Virus record (IMG/VR): IMGVR_UViG_3300032214_000715
Coordinates: 175,164 to 239,163 of that record
Direction: 5' to 3' (one strand)
Length of the DNA: 64,000 nucleotides
Below the pieces are notes generated by a model, which saw nothing but the letters and a program-made list of their open reading frames with translations, was not told where the DNA came from and ran no database searches. Position numbers and translations under genes: made by a program. Positions 39,523 through 47,811 of this stretch are shown here, piece after piece. Numbering within the stretch: position 1 is the first letter of the stretch; each line of letters opens with the position of its first letter.

Positions 39523-39900
39523 ATGACCAATGATTTTTTTCAAAAACTGAGCGATTCTCACCCGTTCATAACCGTTTGTAGCTATGCCGGACAAGAATAC
39601 GTGGGTGTAATTCAAAATCGTGATGATTTTATAACTACATTCTATGATTACGGTTCTATAGTAGATCAGAAATTAAAACAGCTATATTTGTCGTTGGGAG
39701 ATCAATGGTGGTGGGAGAGCAACAGATTAATTCCCATCAACATCTTTCTACGCGATGATTGGGCTATTTTTAAGCCATATCTTAGAACGTTTAACAATAA
39801 AGGTCTGAATATTCTTCACGGGCCTGCCACGTGTATGAGCGATCTTGCTAAAAAACGAGTTAAGCGTCGTAGCATTACTCTTGTGAAGAAAATGCTATAG
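39523..39900 (+). CDS. Hypothetical phage protein
   Basis: PFIT..YAGQEYVGVIQN...WWWESNRLIPINIFL. Confidence 0.65.
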   Translation: MTNDFFQKLSDSHPFITVCSYAGQEYVGVIQNRDDFITTFYDYGSIVDQKLKQLYLSLGDQWWWESNRLIPINIFLRDDWAIFKPYLRTFNNKGLNILHGPATCMSDLAKKRVKRRSITLVKKML

Positions 39901-40471
39901 CATTTTCTGTCAAAAGATTCATATTTACAACTATCAAATTACTGTATGCAACGGCGTGGGCTTTTTTGAACATATAACCGTCATCCTTATTTTTGTCCCA
40001 TACTGTTTTTGCCACCTCCGCCCAAGATTTACCAATTAGATTCCGCTTTCCAGGTCTTATAACAGCCAGAAACATTGCCATTCTAGTAATACTATTGATT
40101 GATTCTGGCATTTTCAGCATACTATCGTAGTGATTTCCAATGTGAATCAATTTACTAAAGTAATCGCGATTCTGTAATAGTGACCAATCTGGTTCTTTCA
40201 TTAACTCAACCAAATGCTGTTCATCTTTTACATATTTGTAAATCCATACGTTCAATAAATCTAATTTAATATACCCACGTTGCTCAGCCATCTCATAATC
40301 TAGGGCGGCCGTTTTATGAATCGGATCATAGGGTATGTCGGTCGGATAAACTCCAGTGTTGTGCTTTTTTACTACATTATCTTTGCGTATAGAAGCCGAA
40401 GTAACATCTACGATTTTTAATATCGCATCCCGATCAGCAAAATCTATATCAATATCACTATTTAATTTCAT
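39875..40471 (-). CDS. dnaE: Split DNA polymerase III alpha-like, catalytic C-fragment
   Basis: SDIDIDF (two catalytic Asp); KHNTGVY; GYIKLDLL (third Asp); LAVIRPG; GYMFKKAHAVAY correspond to DnaE PDIDIDF, HAAGVV, GL.KFDFL, ALYRPG, GYGFNKSH..AY. Confidence 0.88.
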   Translation of the reverse strand: MKLNSDIDIDFADRDAILKIVDVTSASIRKDNVVKKHNTGVYPTDIPYDPIHKTAALDYEMAEQRGYIKLDLLNVWIYKYVKDEQHLVELMKEPDWSLLQNRDYFSKLIHIGNHYDSMLKMPESINSITRMAMFLAVIRPGKRNLIGKSWAEVAKTVWDKNKDDGYMFKKAHAVAYSNLIVVNMNLLTENAIAFSSQE

Positions 40472-41178
40472 TTGAACGCCATATCAATTACGGTTTTAAT
40501 CTCATTCATTAACACCAAATCTCTTTTGAATTTTATGTTCCAACGCTCAGTATCAATATATTCCCATATCACGGCACGTTGATCCATATTCAACTCAGAC
40601 AAAAATGTGTTACCACTGTCACTCAGATAAAGCACCCAGGGGCTAATATGACCAGTACTAATCAAATGACACAACTTATTTTTGTTATAGTAGTTTAACA
40701 CATCTTGAAGACGAATATTTTCTGCGTCGGCTATCTCTAGCATAGTTTTTATGCTACGTTTCACGGCATCGTAAGCGTCTTCTGTTCTAAGATACTGTGT
40801 TAAATACTTAGTATATACTGAGTCACTACTCCAATTATCAATTGACACGTTATTACTTAGCAAGTGATTTAAGTACTCAGCTACATTTACAACTTTAACA
40901 TTCACGCAATATGTCCCGAATCTTAGAAAGGCCGAGTAGTAAGCACTTTCAGCAAACGCTTTATAGTCTTTTTTCTTTTTCCCAGGTTGTATTCTGGAAT
41001 AAAACGTGAGCCAGGAATCATAAGCAATGCGATTTTGAGGCCTGTCTCTTTCTTGCCAGCGAAGTTTCTGCTCACATAAATGCTTAATCAATGTAGACTC
41101 ACGAACAAAACTTCTATTACAATGTTGACAAGTGTTTGATTCCTGTACGTCAATTGCCTGAGAGATTTTCATATTCAT
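40468..41178 (-). CDS. Protein with N-terminal C2H-C zinc finger, in the replication operon
   Basis: CQHCNRSFVRESTLIKHLCE; ATGA-coupled to the dnaE C-fragment. Confidence 0.65.
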   Translation of the reverse strand: MNMKISQAIDVQESNTCQHCNRSFVRESTLIKHLCEQKLRWQERDRPQNRIAYDSWLTFYSRIQPGKKKKDYKAFAESAYYSAFLRFGTYCVNVKVVNVAEYLNHLLSNNVSIDNWSSDSVYTKYLTQYLRTEDAYDAVKRSIKTMLEIADAENIRLQDVLNYYNKNKLCHLISTGHISPWVLYLSDSGNTFLSELNMDQRAVIWEYIDTERWNIKFKRDLVLMNEIKTVIDMAFK

Positions 41179-41743
41179 TCAATTCTTGCTCAGTGACTAA
41201 AGAAGATAAAACTTCTATGTCTTCTAATTTTAGAGTTTGGTACTGTGTTGCTATTTTGTATTTGTGATTTAATGACCGTTCTAGCGCGACAGATATTTGC
41301 TTTATATCATCAGCGCTGCTGTTCTTGTATATTTTGCTAAAGTAATCCGATAATTCTTTGCGTTTTACTGGCTCTTTTAACTGACTTATCTTGGAGCTGA
41401 GATGAGGAATCCATTGATGAAACTGCTTTCCAAGCCCAGGACTGGTCGCACACAGCATCATCCATTGAAGTTCTGGATGATTTTGAACGTGCTCATTAAA
41501 CAGATGCTTGTTAGCACAAATATCAGTGCTCATTACGTAGTAATTACTAATTTCAGTCTTGCCCTTTACAGTGCTGATCCAGTGTAGCATCATATAGGGA
41601 ACAAATTTTTTCCTCTGCTCTTCACTTAAAGAACTATAGTAATCGTAATTCTTGCGATCTATTTGCTCAATCGCCGAGAATAGATCAAAGTCCTGACGTT
41701 CAAACTTTTCGTCTGAGCCAGTTTTATTCTTTGCTGCTGTCAT
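41150..41743 (-). CDS. Putative clamp-loader small subunit (T4 gp62-like)
   Basis: DLFSAIEQID.KNYDYY..F.PYMMLHWIS..N...HPELQW; size and context. Confidence 0.55.
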   Translation of the reverse strand: MTAAKNKTGSDEKFERQDFDLFSAIEQIDRKNYDYYSSLSEEQRKKFVPYMMLHWISTVKGKTEISNYYVMSTDICANKHLFNEHVQNHPELQWMMLCATSPGLGKQFHQWIPHLSSKISQLKEPVKRKELSDYFSKIYKNSSADDIKQISVALERSLNHKYKIATQYQTLKLEDIEVLSSLVTEQELNEYENLSGN

Positions 41744-41900
41744 TGTACTCTACCAATTTTACCGTTGCTTCCGGCAACACATCAAATAAAGCATCACGAA
41801 TTAATTGCGTTACCTCATCGCACCCAGATTTTCCATAAAGTTGTTCCCAGAACTCATCATATCCTTCTGTTACTGTTAACACAAATTTATAAGTCTTCAT
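41724..41900 (-). CDS. Small hypothetical protein (58 aa)
   Basis: Translated by hand: MKTYKFVLTVTEGYDEFWEQL...NDSSKE*. Confidence 0.6.
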   Translation of the reverse strand: MKTYKFVLTVTEGYDEFWEQLYGKSGCDEVTQLIRDALFDVLPEATVKLVEYNDSSKE

Positions 41901-41902
41901 AT

Positions 41903-42403
41903 TTAAAAAGCCTGACTGTAATCCACAATCTCACAATTCTTACTTACTTCTTTTACAAAGTAAATACATCGCGGTTTTGTATCGGTGTCAATCGGTACAC
42001 ACAAAAATTGTCCATTTCGCAATCTAGGGGCGTACCAAGTAACGTCATGATACACATCAACAATCTCTATGTCAAGAAATGATGGCCGAAAAGCGCTCAA
42101 TGGATTAAATTGAAATGCCTTAAACCCGCGATCATTAATGCTTGTCAACGGAACAATCTCTAAATCACCGAAATCTGGCTCTCCAATAAGTATCTGCCAG
42201 TCTAGAGGCATCTTAATTATTTTATCACCAACGCGTAGAACTAGAGCAGGGCTATTAAAGCTCTCTAGAAAAATAAGAGGTATGTAGTGATAATCTACAG
42301 CGTGTGGGTTGCTATTGTCCATAATAGCAAACCTTAAATCATCCACTTCTTCTGGTAGATTTTCAAGGTTATACGAAGTGTCTTCTAGTGTTAGTATTTT
42401 CAT
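41903..42403 (-). CDS. All-beta protein, possibly an inactive Hint-like fold
   Basis: 166 aa between uvsW and the clamp-loader/dnaE genes; pattern described in findings. Confidence 0.55.
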   Translation of the reverse strand: MKILTLEDTSYNLENLPEEVDDLRFAIMDNSNPHAVDYHYIPLIFLESFNSPALVLRVGDKIIKMPLDWQILIGEPDFGDLEIVPLTSINDRGFKAFQFNPLSAFRPSFLDIEIVDVYHDVTWYAPRLRNGQFLCVPIDTDTKPRCIYFVKEVSKNCEIVDYSQAF

Positions 42404-42415
42404 TTTTTTATGATA

Positions 42416-43873
42416 TCATTTATATTCTAGTTTCTCAAGCGTATAGGGATAATTTGCTTCCCTATAGAACTCTTTTCGTTTAGTTAGATGACGTTTTGCA
42501 AATTTACAACTACTGGTTATGTCCCAGATTTGAACGAAGTCTTTGTCCTCTGCTTTTCTAATGCCTCGCCCAATGCTTTGTATAACTCTGACAAAGCTTT
42601 TTCCGGGTTCCACAAGAACCAGATTAAAAATACGAGGAATATTAATACCCACAGCGGCCACACCATAAGTCGCCACAATAATCTTGTCATCACTAGTCGC
42701 AACTTCATCATATTCTTCTTTGCGTTCTTTTAGTTTTGTTTTGCCACGAATAAACACACTATTTGGTAATCTAGCAATCAACTCTTCTCCGGCAGCAACA
42801 CGATCAACCAATATTAATGTGTTGCCACTTTCTACAATTTTTTCAACCAAACTGCTGATAGTGTCTAGTCGTTTTCCATCAGTAAGTAAGTGAGTCAACT
42901 CACTTTGATAATCACGAAACTCAACGTGATCCTGCATCTGAACGATATTCACATGACACTGTGACAACACACCGGCATTTTGTAATTCGTTGGCACTTAG
43001 TTTACCAATTACTGAGCCTATACAAGTGAATAGCGCTTGACTGGCAAACTTATCTTTTGGTATGGTGCCAGTTAGCCCCCAACGAATCGGAATTTTAGAC
43101 ATCGTTCCGCTTAGCAATTGCTTTAGTGCGTCTGCTTTTACCGAATGGCATTCATCAATCATCAAGCATACTACACCCTCAATAAACTCATCAATAGTTA
43201 TGTCTGCTTCGCCATTCTTGGTGTTCTTTAGTAGATTGTTTAGACTTTGCCAAGTACAAATTGTATGCGTGTGACCTACTTCTTTGCGATCACCAAAATA
43301 GACTCCAACGTCTAACCCAAGATTTCTGTAGTCTGCTTCAGTCTGTGTTACAAGCGATTTGTTTGGCACAATCACTAAAGTTCTTCCGGAATTTTCGCAA
43401 CAATACGATAGTGCGGCCGTAATCAGTGTCTTTCCCGCGCCCGTAGCGACCTCTTGTATTGATTGTGGATTACTTAAGAAATTGTTTACAATGTCAACCT
43501 GATAGTCGCGCAACACTACAGGCTGCCCAACAAGTGGATGCCCCACAGGCCAAGTCTTGTTGGAAAAAGTGGCTTCTGTTATTTGATTAAAACTAAAATT
43601 GGTCTGATAGTCTCTTGTATCGTCTAGTTCAATATCATAATTGTGTTCTTCTAGATAAGGAAGAATTTCTTCTAACAGATTTATATAAGTGCTACCGCCT
43701 AATTGAAAGTAAGATGTTTTACCATTCCAACGTCCAAGTCTGACACTAGGTAGATATTTGGCACCTGGAATTTCATATTCAAATTTCTTTACCAAAGCAC
43801 GACGAGTATCTAAATCCAAGCCCTCTAGCTTGACGTTGACCTCATCGCGTATGATTATTTTACATTTCTTCAT
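42416..43873 (-). CDS. uvsW: UvsW-like SF2 DNA helicase
   Basis: LRDYQ; ATGAGKT; IDECH; GLTGT; VGINIP; QSIGRGIR; start MKKCK at 43873. Confidence 0.92.
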   Translation of the reverse strand: MKKCKIIIRDEVNVKLEGLDLDTRRALVKKFEYEIPGAKYLPSVRLGRWNGKTSYFQLGGSTYINLLEEILPYLEEHNYDIELDDTRDYQTNFSFNQITEATFSNKTWPVGHPLVGQPVVLRDYQVDIVNNFLSNPQSIQEVATGAGKTLITAALSYCCENSGRTLVIVPNKSLVTQTEADYRNLGLDVGVYFGDRKEVGHTHTICTWQSLNNLLKNTKNGEADITIDEFIEGVVCLMIDECHSVKADALKQLLSGTMSKIPIRWGLTGTIPKDKFASQALFTCIGSVIGKLSANELQNAGVLSQCHVNIVQMQDHVEFRDYQSELTHLLTDGKRLDTISSLVEKIVESGNTLILVDRVAAGEELIARLPNSVFIRGKTKLKERKEEYDEVATSDDKIIVATYGVAAVGINIPRIFNLVLVEPGKSFVRVIQSIGRGIRKAEDKDFVQIWDITSSCKFAKRHLTKRKEFYREANYPYTLEKLEYK

Positions 43874-43879
43874 TAAAGT

Positions 43880-43909
43880 AGTATACACAATTCACGTGTG
43901 AATTGTCAA
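43880..43909 (-). promoter_or_regulatory. Sigma70 promoter of the uvsW operon with palindromic spacer
   Basis: TTGACA-18 nt-TATACT; acaattcac-gt-gtgaattgt at 43887-43906. Confidence 0.7.
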
Positions 43910-43925
43910 ACACATAGTAGCCAAT

Positions 43926-44144
43926 TTATTTGTGTTTTGCTTTTTGTACTACGATCCAATCGTTACGAGAAGTTATTTCTGTGTCGTTATCCAGCACTAT
44001 AGTAGTGCCTTCAACCGCGGTTACTGTTCTTTGTTCGCCGGTTTCTTTGTGTTTGATAACATCACCACGCATAATGCCGCGACCATATGGGTACTTGTAT
44101 TCACTTCCGCCATAACTTTCGGTCAGCAATTCGACTATCTTCAT
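43926..44144 (-). CDS. Small SH3-like hypothetical protein
   Basis: 72 aa; MKIVELLTE start; late promoter at 44150-44157. Confidence 0.55.
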   Translation of the reverse strand: MKIVELLTESYGGSEYKYPYGRGIMRGDVIKHKETGEQRTVTAVEGTTIVLDNDTEITSRNDWIVVQKAKHK

Positions 44145-44190
44145 AGTATTATTTATACAGAAAGCAAAAAGCCCGCGCTAGATAAATAAA

Positions 44191-44251
44191 AGTGTAGTTC
44201 GCGAGCCTCGGAAACTCCAACTACTCTAACGCTTATAAGGAGCAATCAGCA
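44191..44251 (+). ncRNA. Candidate structured 5' leader RNA of the HNH gene
   Basis: GTAGTT(44194-99)/AACTAC(44219-24) stem with inner GAG/CTC; GCTT/GAGC hairpin over the SD; preceded by GATAAATA at 44181. Confidence 0.45.
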
Positions 44252-44902
44252 ATGTTATTTAGTAAAAATAAACGAGATATTTCATATATAAAAATTTGGG
44301 TTGAACATCATGGTCCAATTCCATTAGATAAAAATGGAAGAAGAATGGAAATTCATCACATAGACGGTGATAAAACCAACAATAACATAAACAATCTTCA
44401 ACTACTGACAATTGAAGAACATTTTGATATTCATTACAAACAACAGGACTATGGATCTTGCTATCTAATTGCTATTAGAATGAAAAAATCACCAGAAGAA
44501 ATTTCTGATCTTGCTCGTCAAGCACAATTAAAAAGAGTGACAGACGGAACTCATCATTTTTTAGGCCCTGCTATGAATGCTAAAAGAGTGACAGCCGGAA
44601 CTCATCACTGGCTTGATGGAACAAAGTCCAGAGAGACTCAAAACAATCTTGTGAAAAGCGGAGTACACAGATTTGTCAATTCTGATTGGCAGAAAAATAA
44701 TCAACTCAGTCTAGTTGAGTCAGGAAAGCATAACTTTCTCGGCGGACATTTACAAAAATCATTGGTAAAATCAGGAAAGCATCATTTCGTGACATCCAAT
44801 CCAGGAAAGATTCAGTGGGTGTGCGAGAAATGCGGGAAAGAGGGAAAGGGAAAAACCAATTACGCTCGTTGGCATGGAGAAAATTGCGTAGTAAAAAAAT
44901 AG
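44252..44902 (+). mobile_element. Free-standing HNH homing endonuclease
   Basis: HHGPIP..EIHHIDGDKTNNNINNLQLL..EEH..IH; five GxH(H/N/R)(F/W) repeats; C-terminal CEKC..H..NC; opposite strand to neighbours. Confidence 0.88.
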
Positions 44903-44920
44903 GGAGCAATTGCTCCCTAT
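44893..44920 (-). terminator. Terminator between the ATPase and HNH genes
   Basis: atagggagcaattgctccctat palindrome followed by a T-run on the minus strand. Confidence 0.8.
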
Positions 44921-44935
44921 AACGTGTGATGAATT

Positions 44936-45982
44936 TCAGTTCTTAACGCAGCATGTCTCCAGCGCAAGCATCTTCCAGTCAGTGGGATCAATTCTATACA
45001 GATCAGCAATCTTGAGAGCCATACGCAAACTCAACTCGCGAAGAATTTCTTTATTAGCCCACATGAACTCCAGAATTTCTTCGGATTGATTGTCCAGAAA
45101 TTCGTAATCAGCAAACAGACCGCCAACCACATCTTGACTGGCATCGGTGTGTACCTGACGAATTCTCAACATTTTGTCACGCGAGGTATTGATCGTGAGA
45201 TCCAGATAGTGACACCGAGATTGCAGAGCGGACAAGTGAGCAGCAATCTTCTTAGAGCGACGGTCGCTAAGATCCAGATTCGTCACAAAGATGCACGCCC
45301 CGTTGAACTCAAAATCGGTGGGAATGCCTTCCTTACGAAGAAAAGACGAATCACTATTCCACCAAATACGACGGCGCTTACCCGAATCAAGTGCGGCCTT
45401 CAGAATGTTCAGCGCATCTGGGTCATCAAAAACGTCTACGTCATCAAAGACCAAAACATTCTTACTGTCGCTATACTTGTACAGCAGTGCGTACAAACCG
45501 ATGGCAGTAATAGCGCCCTTGACAATCTCAAAGCGAACACGCTTGCCTGCCAGCTTGTCAAACAGACTTGCCTTTTCCAGTTGAGTCTCAATACCAAACG
45601 ACTTGCCAACGCCAGGAGGGCCAGTAACGATCATAGCACGACAGTCGCCGTTGATCGTAGCCTTGGTCATGGTGTCAAGAATACGAAACCGGCGACGGAT
45701 GCGATCCATGGCCTGCTCGTCAGTTTCATTGGATTCGGTCATAACTTCTGGCGAGAATGCTACAATTTGAGTGGGACGCGAGTTACCGTTGACGAATTCA
45801 ACATCAGCAGAATCGGTGATTTCAATATAAACCTGCTTGGAATCTCCAGGCAGTTGACCGTCATTCTTAACTTGAACACGACCAGGAGTAGAATCCAGAG
45901 GACGAGCCAGCGTGAACATCATGTTCTCAACAGCAAAGTTCATCTTGCGATACACGCCGCGCTTGACAAGAATTTGAGCCAT
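44936..45982 (-). CDS. AAA+/P-loop ATPase (early gene)
   Basis: IVTGPPGVGKS; VLVFDDVD; IFVTN; ALQSRC arginine finger. Confidence 0.85.
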   Translation of the reverse strand: MAQILVKRGVYRKMNFAVENMMFTLARPLDSTPGRVQVKNDGQLPGDSKQVYIEITDSADVEFVNGNSRPTQIVAFSPEVMTESNETDEQAMDRIRRRFRILDTMTKATINGDCRAMIVTGPPGVGKSFGIETQLEKASLFDKLAGKRVRFEIVKGAITAIGLYALLYKYSDSKNVLVFDDVDVFDDPDALNILKAALDSGKRRRIWWNSDSSFLRKEGIPTDFEFNGACIFVTNLDLSDRRSKKIAAHLSALQSRCHYLDLTINTSRDKMLRIRQVHTDASQDVVGGLFADYEFLDNQSEEILEFMWANKEILRELSLRMALKIADLYRIDPTDWKMLALETCCVKN

Positions 45983-46155
45983 TTCGTTGATTCCTTATCT
46001 AACTGTCTAGAGAATGATTATAGTTGATTTTTGATTTATTGTCAAAAAATTTCGGAAGAAATTTATTGAAAAAATCAGCGAGTCAGTGTTGTTCGGAACT
46101 GTCTCTATCAACTCAACAACAATAGTATATCACTGCGTTGATTTATTGTCAAATT

Positions 46156-46908
46156 TCAGACAAAAATCTTGACGCGGTTAAATTGAGTCTTACCGTCGGT
46201 ATGATGAGCCTTGACAGTACCCTGAGCGGCAATCTTGCTTCCAACTTCAGGGTTAGACTTGTTGGAGAAGAAAACAACCTGATCATTGTCAGTAATCATA
46301 GTGACGAAATAGCAAGCCCATTGCTGACTATACACTGTACGAACGACTTCGCCCTTGAACGAAACCTTATCACCAACTTGTCCGACATGTCCACCTCGGG
46401 CATCGGCAATACGATCCTCTACCGATTGGCGAACTGTAGCACGTTCGTAACCTTGGGGCAGATACGCAACCGTACCCAGATCACGTTCGCTCACAGTTTC
46501 ACTGTTGGCAAGAGCAAGAGCCTTGGCATCAAATTCATTCAACACCTTGCCACCAAGAATCTTGAACATCAGACCCTTGTAATGTGTGCGGATCTTCTCG
46601 CCCATTTCACGGTCAAAGTCCGTAAGGGTAGATTGATCGGCAAGCATACGAACCATCAGTTCACGATTACTTTGCTTGGGAACAGCAACGCCATCAGCAT
46701 CAAGAGTGTAGGCACCAGCCTTGATATACTCATTTCCGACCGCACGATAGGCAGCGTAAGCAGCAGCAAACACCGTGCTGGTATCGTACATCATGGGTTG
46801 AGAACGCACGTAACGTTGGCTGCGTGTCGGCTTATAGCCTTCATCTGCTTGACACAGGGCCTTGACTTGAGAATTGGTCATACCAGAAACATCAACAAAA
46901 CCAGCCAT
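46156..46908 (-). CDS. Early protein with C-terminal OB-fold-like domain
   Basis: HVGQVGDKV...GTVKAH...TQFNRVK. Confidence 0.65.
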   Translation of the reverse strand: MAGFVDVSGMTNSQVKALCQADEGYKPTRSQRYVRSQPMMYDTSTVFAAAYAAYRAVGNEYIKAGAYTLDADGVAVPKQSNRELMVRMLADQSTLTDFDREMGEKIRTHYKGLMFKILGGKVLNEFDAKALALANSETVSERDLGTVAYLPQGYERATVRQSVEDRIADARGGHVGQVGDKVSFKGEVVRTVYSQQWACYFVTMITDNDQVVFFSNKSNPEVGSKIAAQGTVKAHHTDGKTQFNRVKIFV

Positions 46909-46964
46909 TTCGTACTCCGTTGTCTAACTCAGTGAATACAGTATATCAAAATCCGTATTATTTG

Positions 46965-47246
46965 TCAAATATTGCCGCAGGCTACATCAACCCGCAGATC
47001 GTGAATGCTGCCAAAGTATTCATTGACCAGCGTCTTCTTGCTCTCAGTGACCTTGTAGCGACCATAACGGTTCTTCTTGGCATTGATCACTCGTCCCTTG
47101 AACAAGAGCGTAGTGCTGGCATCATTACGAACCATTTCGACTTGTCGCATCGTTTCCAACCGCAGAGCACCCTGCTCTGCTCGGGCTAGGGCAAGGTCCT
47201 TTTCCAAAGAATCAATACGCTGTTGGATCTGTTCGAACTTGCTCAT
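46965..47246 (-). CDS. Small early hypothetical protein
   Basis: 93 aa; own promoter and RBS. Confidence 0.7.
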   Translation of the reverse strand: MSKFEQIQQRIDSLEKDLALARAEQGALRLETMRQVEMVRNDASTTLLFKGRVINAKKNRYGRYKVTESKKTLVNEYFGSIHDLRVDVACGNI

Positions 47247-47304
47247 TTCGTTTACTCCGTTATCTAACTCAACAAATACAGTATATCACCAAACCGATTT
47301 ACTG

Positions 47305-47757
47305 TCAAATTTTGAAACAAAGCCTAGATTTGATTTCTATGAAAAACTGATGGTACTTTGCCATACGGGCAATGTCCTTTTCACTGACCCCCTTCAGTCG
47401 GCGAATGTCGGTGTTGTGTCGAAGGTCTGCCATCTTGACACGCATAGCATCCTCACTAGCAAAGACACCTTCCTTGTATTCTTCGTAGGTCTGACCAGGG
47501 ACTTTTGTCAGTGCGCGGATACCACTGATTACTCTCTCACTGATGCCCGCGTCACGAAGGTCCTTGTATGTGACACTAGTGTCCTCGATAACATCGTGAC
47601 CTAGTGCGATACACATCAGTTCCTCATCATCGGTCTTGAGATAATGCATGACCTTAAGAGGGTGAAGAATGTAGGGATTGCCACCTTTGTCAAATTGATC
47701 GGCATGAGCATTAGTCGCAATGACTAGCATCTTGCCTAACATTTCACCTTTTCTCAT
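47305..47757 (-). CDS. HD-domain small alarmone ((p)ppGpp) hydrolase, SpoT/Mesh1-like
   Basis: AHADQFDKGGNPYILHPLKV; ALGHDVIEDT; VKMADLRHN. Confidence 0.85.
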   Translation of the reverse strand: MRKGEMLGKMLVIATNAHADQFDKGGNPYILHPLKVMHYLKTDDEELMCIALGHDVIEDTSVTYKDLRDAGISERVISGIRALTKVPGQTYEEYKEGVFASEDAMRVKMADLRHNTDIRRLKGVSEKDIARMAKYHQFFIEIKSRLCFKI

Positions 47758-47811
47758 TTTTCGGTCCTTTCTTTTACTGTAGTTACAGTATACTACCGAA
47801 CCGATTATTTG

